This document shows positions 35,463 to 37,726 of a DNA stretch of 37,726 nucleotides, piece after piece (within the stretch, counting starts at the first letter, position 1; each line of letters starts with the position of its first letter). The stretch spans positions 1 through 37,726 of the forward strand of contig DASURM010000171.1 of the NCBI GenBank assembly GCA_036280035.1, given 5' to 3'. Position numbers and translations under genes: made by a program. The notes beneath the pieces are model-generated. The model made no database searches and was not told the DNA's origin. It saw only the letters and a list, made by a program, of their open reading frames with translations. Origin of the DNA: Burkholderiaceae bacterium. Its GTDB lineage: Bacteria; Pseudomonadota; Gammaproteobacteria; Burkholderiales; Burkholderiaceae_C.

Positions 35463-37726
35463 TGCAGCACCTTCACCTCGTGCTGCGGCAGCACGAAGCG
35501 GAAGGTCGAACCCTGGCCGGGTTCGCTCTCCAACGACACCGTTCCGCCATGCAGCTCGACGAAGCGCTTGACCAGCGCAAGACCCAAGCCCGTGCCTTCG
35601 CTCTTGCGCAATACGTCGCCGCCGGCCTGGCGGAACTCCTCGAACACCAGCGCCTGATCTTGCGGCGCGATGCCCACGCCGGTGTCGCTGACGCACACCT
35701 CGGCGAAGCTGCCGGCCATGCCGTTCACGCCGTTCAACTGGCGCGCGCGTACGCTGACGCGACCGCCGTTGGGCGTGAACTTGACCGCGTTCGACAGCAG
35801 ATTGACCGCCACCTGCTTGACCTTGCGCGCGTCGGCCACCCACTCGTTCAAGCCCTCGCCGACATCGAGATCCAGCGTCAACCCGTGGCGCTGCGCGCGC
35901 TCGCGCACCAGCGTGGCCGAATGCTCGAGCAGCAACCCGAGGTCGAAGCACGACAGGTCGAGCTCCATCTTGCCGGCCTCGATCTTCGACAGGTCGAGCA
36001 CGTCGTTGATCAGGCTGAGCAGGTGCTGGCCCGACGAGTGGATGTCCTGCAGGTACTCCATCTGCTTGTCGTTGACCTCGCCGAACATCTGCTCGGTCAG
36101 CACCTCGGAAAAGCCGATGATCGCGTTGAGCGGCGTGCGCAACTCGTGGCTCATGTTGGCCAGGAACTCGCTCTTGTGGCGGTTGGCGGCCTCGAGCTGG
36201 CGGCTCTTGTCGGCGATCTCGTTGAACAGCCGTGCATTCTGGATCGCGATCGCGGCCTGGTCGGCAAAGGTCTTCAGCAGCCCGACCTCCTTGTCGGAGA
36301 ACGGCGCCACCGGGGCGCGGATCACGTAGAGGTACCCCGCGCCGCCGCCCTCCCAGCGCATCGGCGCGAACACCTGCGTGTAGCTGCCCACGCCCAGCCG
36401 TTCGGCGACCCGGCGCGACACGCTGTCGGGCTCGGCATCGCGCAACACGTCGGGGTAGTGCAGCACGCGCTGCCCAGCCATCGCGCGCGCCACCGGCTCG
36501 TCGCCCGCCGCGGTGGGAAACATCGCCGCCAGCTGCTCGCGCGCGCCGCCGCGATGGGCGCCCAGGTGCAACAGGCCGTCGTTGCCCATCAGCACCACGC
36601 CCTGCTCGGAGCTTTCGAACAGGTGGCTGCAGCTGTGCAGGATCTTGTCGAACACCGGCGCGGTGTCGGACACCGAGCTGCTGATCACGCGCAGCACCTC
36701 GGCGGTGGCGGTCTGCTGCTCGAGCGCCTCCTTGGTCTCGTTGAACAGGCGCGCGTTCTGGATCGCGATCACCGCCTGGTCGGCGAAGGTCTTCAGCAGC
36801 GTCAGTTCCTTGTCGGAATAGGGCCGCGGCGGCGTGCGGATGATGTCGATGGTGCCGATGCCGCGGCCCTCCCACATCATCGGTGCCAGCGCCACCGAGA
36901 AATTGCCCGCCTGGAGCGCGAAGTCGCGGATGTACTGCGGCATCTCGTGTGCGACCAGCATGTCGGGCACGTGCACCACCGAGCCGCGGGCGATCGCCAC
37001 GCCGCTGACCGTGCCGGCGAGTGGGCGTGGATAGGTGCTCGCGGTCGTCTTCATCAGGATGCCGCGGTACGCCCCCGGGCGCAGCAAGCCGTCGTCGCCG
37101 GTCAGGAAGATGCCGAGATCGTGAGCGCCGAACAGGCGCTCGCAACTGTCGAGGATCTTCTCGAACACCGGCTGCGCGTCGGCCACCGAACCGCTGATCA
37201 CCTGAAGCACCTCGGCCGTCGCCGTCTGCTGTTCGAGCGCATCGCTCAGCTCGCGTGTGCGCTCCTCGACCTTGCGCTCCAGGCCAGCGTAGGAGGCCTG
37301 CAGCTCGGCGCCCATCTTGTTGAACTGTGCGGCCAGGCCCTCCAGCTCGTCGCCCGAGTGCACCTCGATGCGCTGTTCCAGCTCGCCGGCGCCGATGCGC
37401 GCCGCGCCGTCGCGCAGCGCCTGGATCGGCCGCACCAGCGCGCGCGCCAGAAAGAAGCTGCCCGCCGCGGCCAGCAGCAGGCCTCCGGTCAGCAACAGCG
37501 CCAGCCGCACGATCGATTCGTAGAGCGGCGCCAGTGCCTCGCGGCGCGGCGTCTCGACGAAGACCGTCCAGTTCAGCGCCGGGATCTGTGCGGTGGCGGC
37601 GAACACGTTCTGCCCGTTGAGGTCGCGCGCGTCGACGCCGGCTGCGTCGCCGGAGCCGCCGAGCACCGCCGCCACCTGCGGCAGCGCCTTCATGTCGGTC
37701 TTCTTCAGCACCAGGCTGATGTCGGG
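35459..37726 (-). CDS. Sensor histidine kinase (extracytoplasmic domain-TM-HAMP-GAF-GAF-HisKA-HATPase), 5' end outside the window
   Basis: HAMP (RPIQALRDGAARIGAGELEQRIEVHSGDELEGLAAQFNKM), two GAF modules, an H-box NMSHELRTPLNAIIGFSEVL, and the N/G boxes of HATPase_c (LLSNAVKFTPNGG, DTGVGI, GTGLGLALVK). The frame stays open to the window edge. Confidence 0.9.
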   Translation of the reverse strand, partial: PDISLVLKKTDMKALPQVAAVLGGSGDAAGVDARDLNGQNVFAATAQIPALNWTVFVETPRREALAPLYESIVRLALLLTGGLLLAAAGSFFLARALVRPIQALRDGAARIGAGELEQRIEVHSGDELEGLAAQFNKMGAELQASYAGLERKVEERTRELSDALEQQTATAEVLQVISGSVADAQPVFEKILDSCERLFGAHDLGIFLTGDDGLLRPGAYRGILMKTTASTYPRPLAGTVSGVAIARGSVVHVPDMLVAHEMPQYIRDFALQAGNFSVALAPMMWEGRGIGTIDIIRTPPRPYSDKELTLLKTFADQAVIAIQNARLFNETKEALEQQTATAEVLRVISSSVSDTAPVFDKILHSCSHLFESSEQGVVLMGNDGLLHLGAHRGGAREQLAAMFPTAAGDEPVARAMAGQRVLHYPDVLRDAEPDSVSRRVAERLGVGSYTQVFAPMRWEGGGAGYLYVIRAPVAPFSDKEVGLLKTFADQAAIAIQNARLFNEIADKSRQLEAANRHKSEFLANMSHELRTPLNAIIGFSEVLTEQMFGEVNDKQMEYLQDIHSSGQHLLSLINDVLDLSKIEAGKMELDLSCFDLGLLLEHSATLVRERAQRHGLTLDLDVGEGLNEWVADARKVKQVAVNLLSNAVKFTPNGGRVSVRARQLNGVNGMAGSFAEVCVSDTGVGIAPQDQALVFEEFRQAGGDVLRKSEGTGLGLALVKRFVELHGGTVSLESEPGQGSTFRFVLPQHEVKVLQ
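36221..37245 (-). repeat. Intragenic tandem duplication (two GAF modules, period about 513-519 bp)
   Basis: The DNA encoding LLKTFADQA(A/V)IAIQNARLFNE recurs at 36221 and 36740. The DNA encoding LEQQTATAEVL(R/Q)VIS recurs at about 36713 and 37226. Local nucleotide identity between copies is high. Confidence 0.7.

Overview
This is a very GC-rich proteobacterial chromosomal segment. Gene content and synteny suggest Betaproteobacteria/Burkholderiales, but that is inferred, not proven. It looks origin-proximal: mnmG-rsmG-parA, then parB, with two near-consensus parS sites. I support about 35 protein genes, mostly housekeeping: pilU (3' end), yraN-diaA-dolP divergent from rsmI-tldD, a DAHP synthase, a PduO-type adenosyltransferase, a GlcD-like oxidase, prkA-yeaH-spoVR, argC, a NatAB-like ABC-2 exporter with a secreted hydrolase, GST, a thioredoxin-fold protein and TerC. 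I found no rRNA, tRNA, CRISPR array, IS element or integrase. Many long ORFs in the track are antisense shadows or N-terminal run-ons typical of high-GC DNA, and I trimmed gene starts accordingly. The stand-out is a compact accessory module at about 20.6-25.6 kb. It holds a LuxR-type autoinducer-receptor homologue with no luxI in the window, flanked by two related lux-box-like inverted repeats. Next to it is an unannotated-size 50-codon gene for a double-glycine-leader peptide whose predicted mature part is only 8 residues (QGLPRGGW). That gene is followed by a HlyD adaptor and a C39-peptidase ABC exporter (PCAT). I read this as a candidate LuxR-controlled secreted-peptide (signal-like) system. 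Other notable items are a Phe/Tyr/Trp-rich leader peptide plus terminator/antiterminator upstream of the DAHP synthase, and a parA-parB pair split by a GNAT gene and an oppositely oriented argC. There is also a histidine kinase -> receiver -> receiver-cyclase -> Crp-like regulator operon that carries a collapsed remnant of a periplasmic binding-protein gene.
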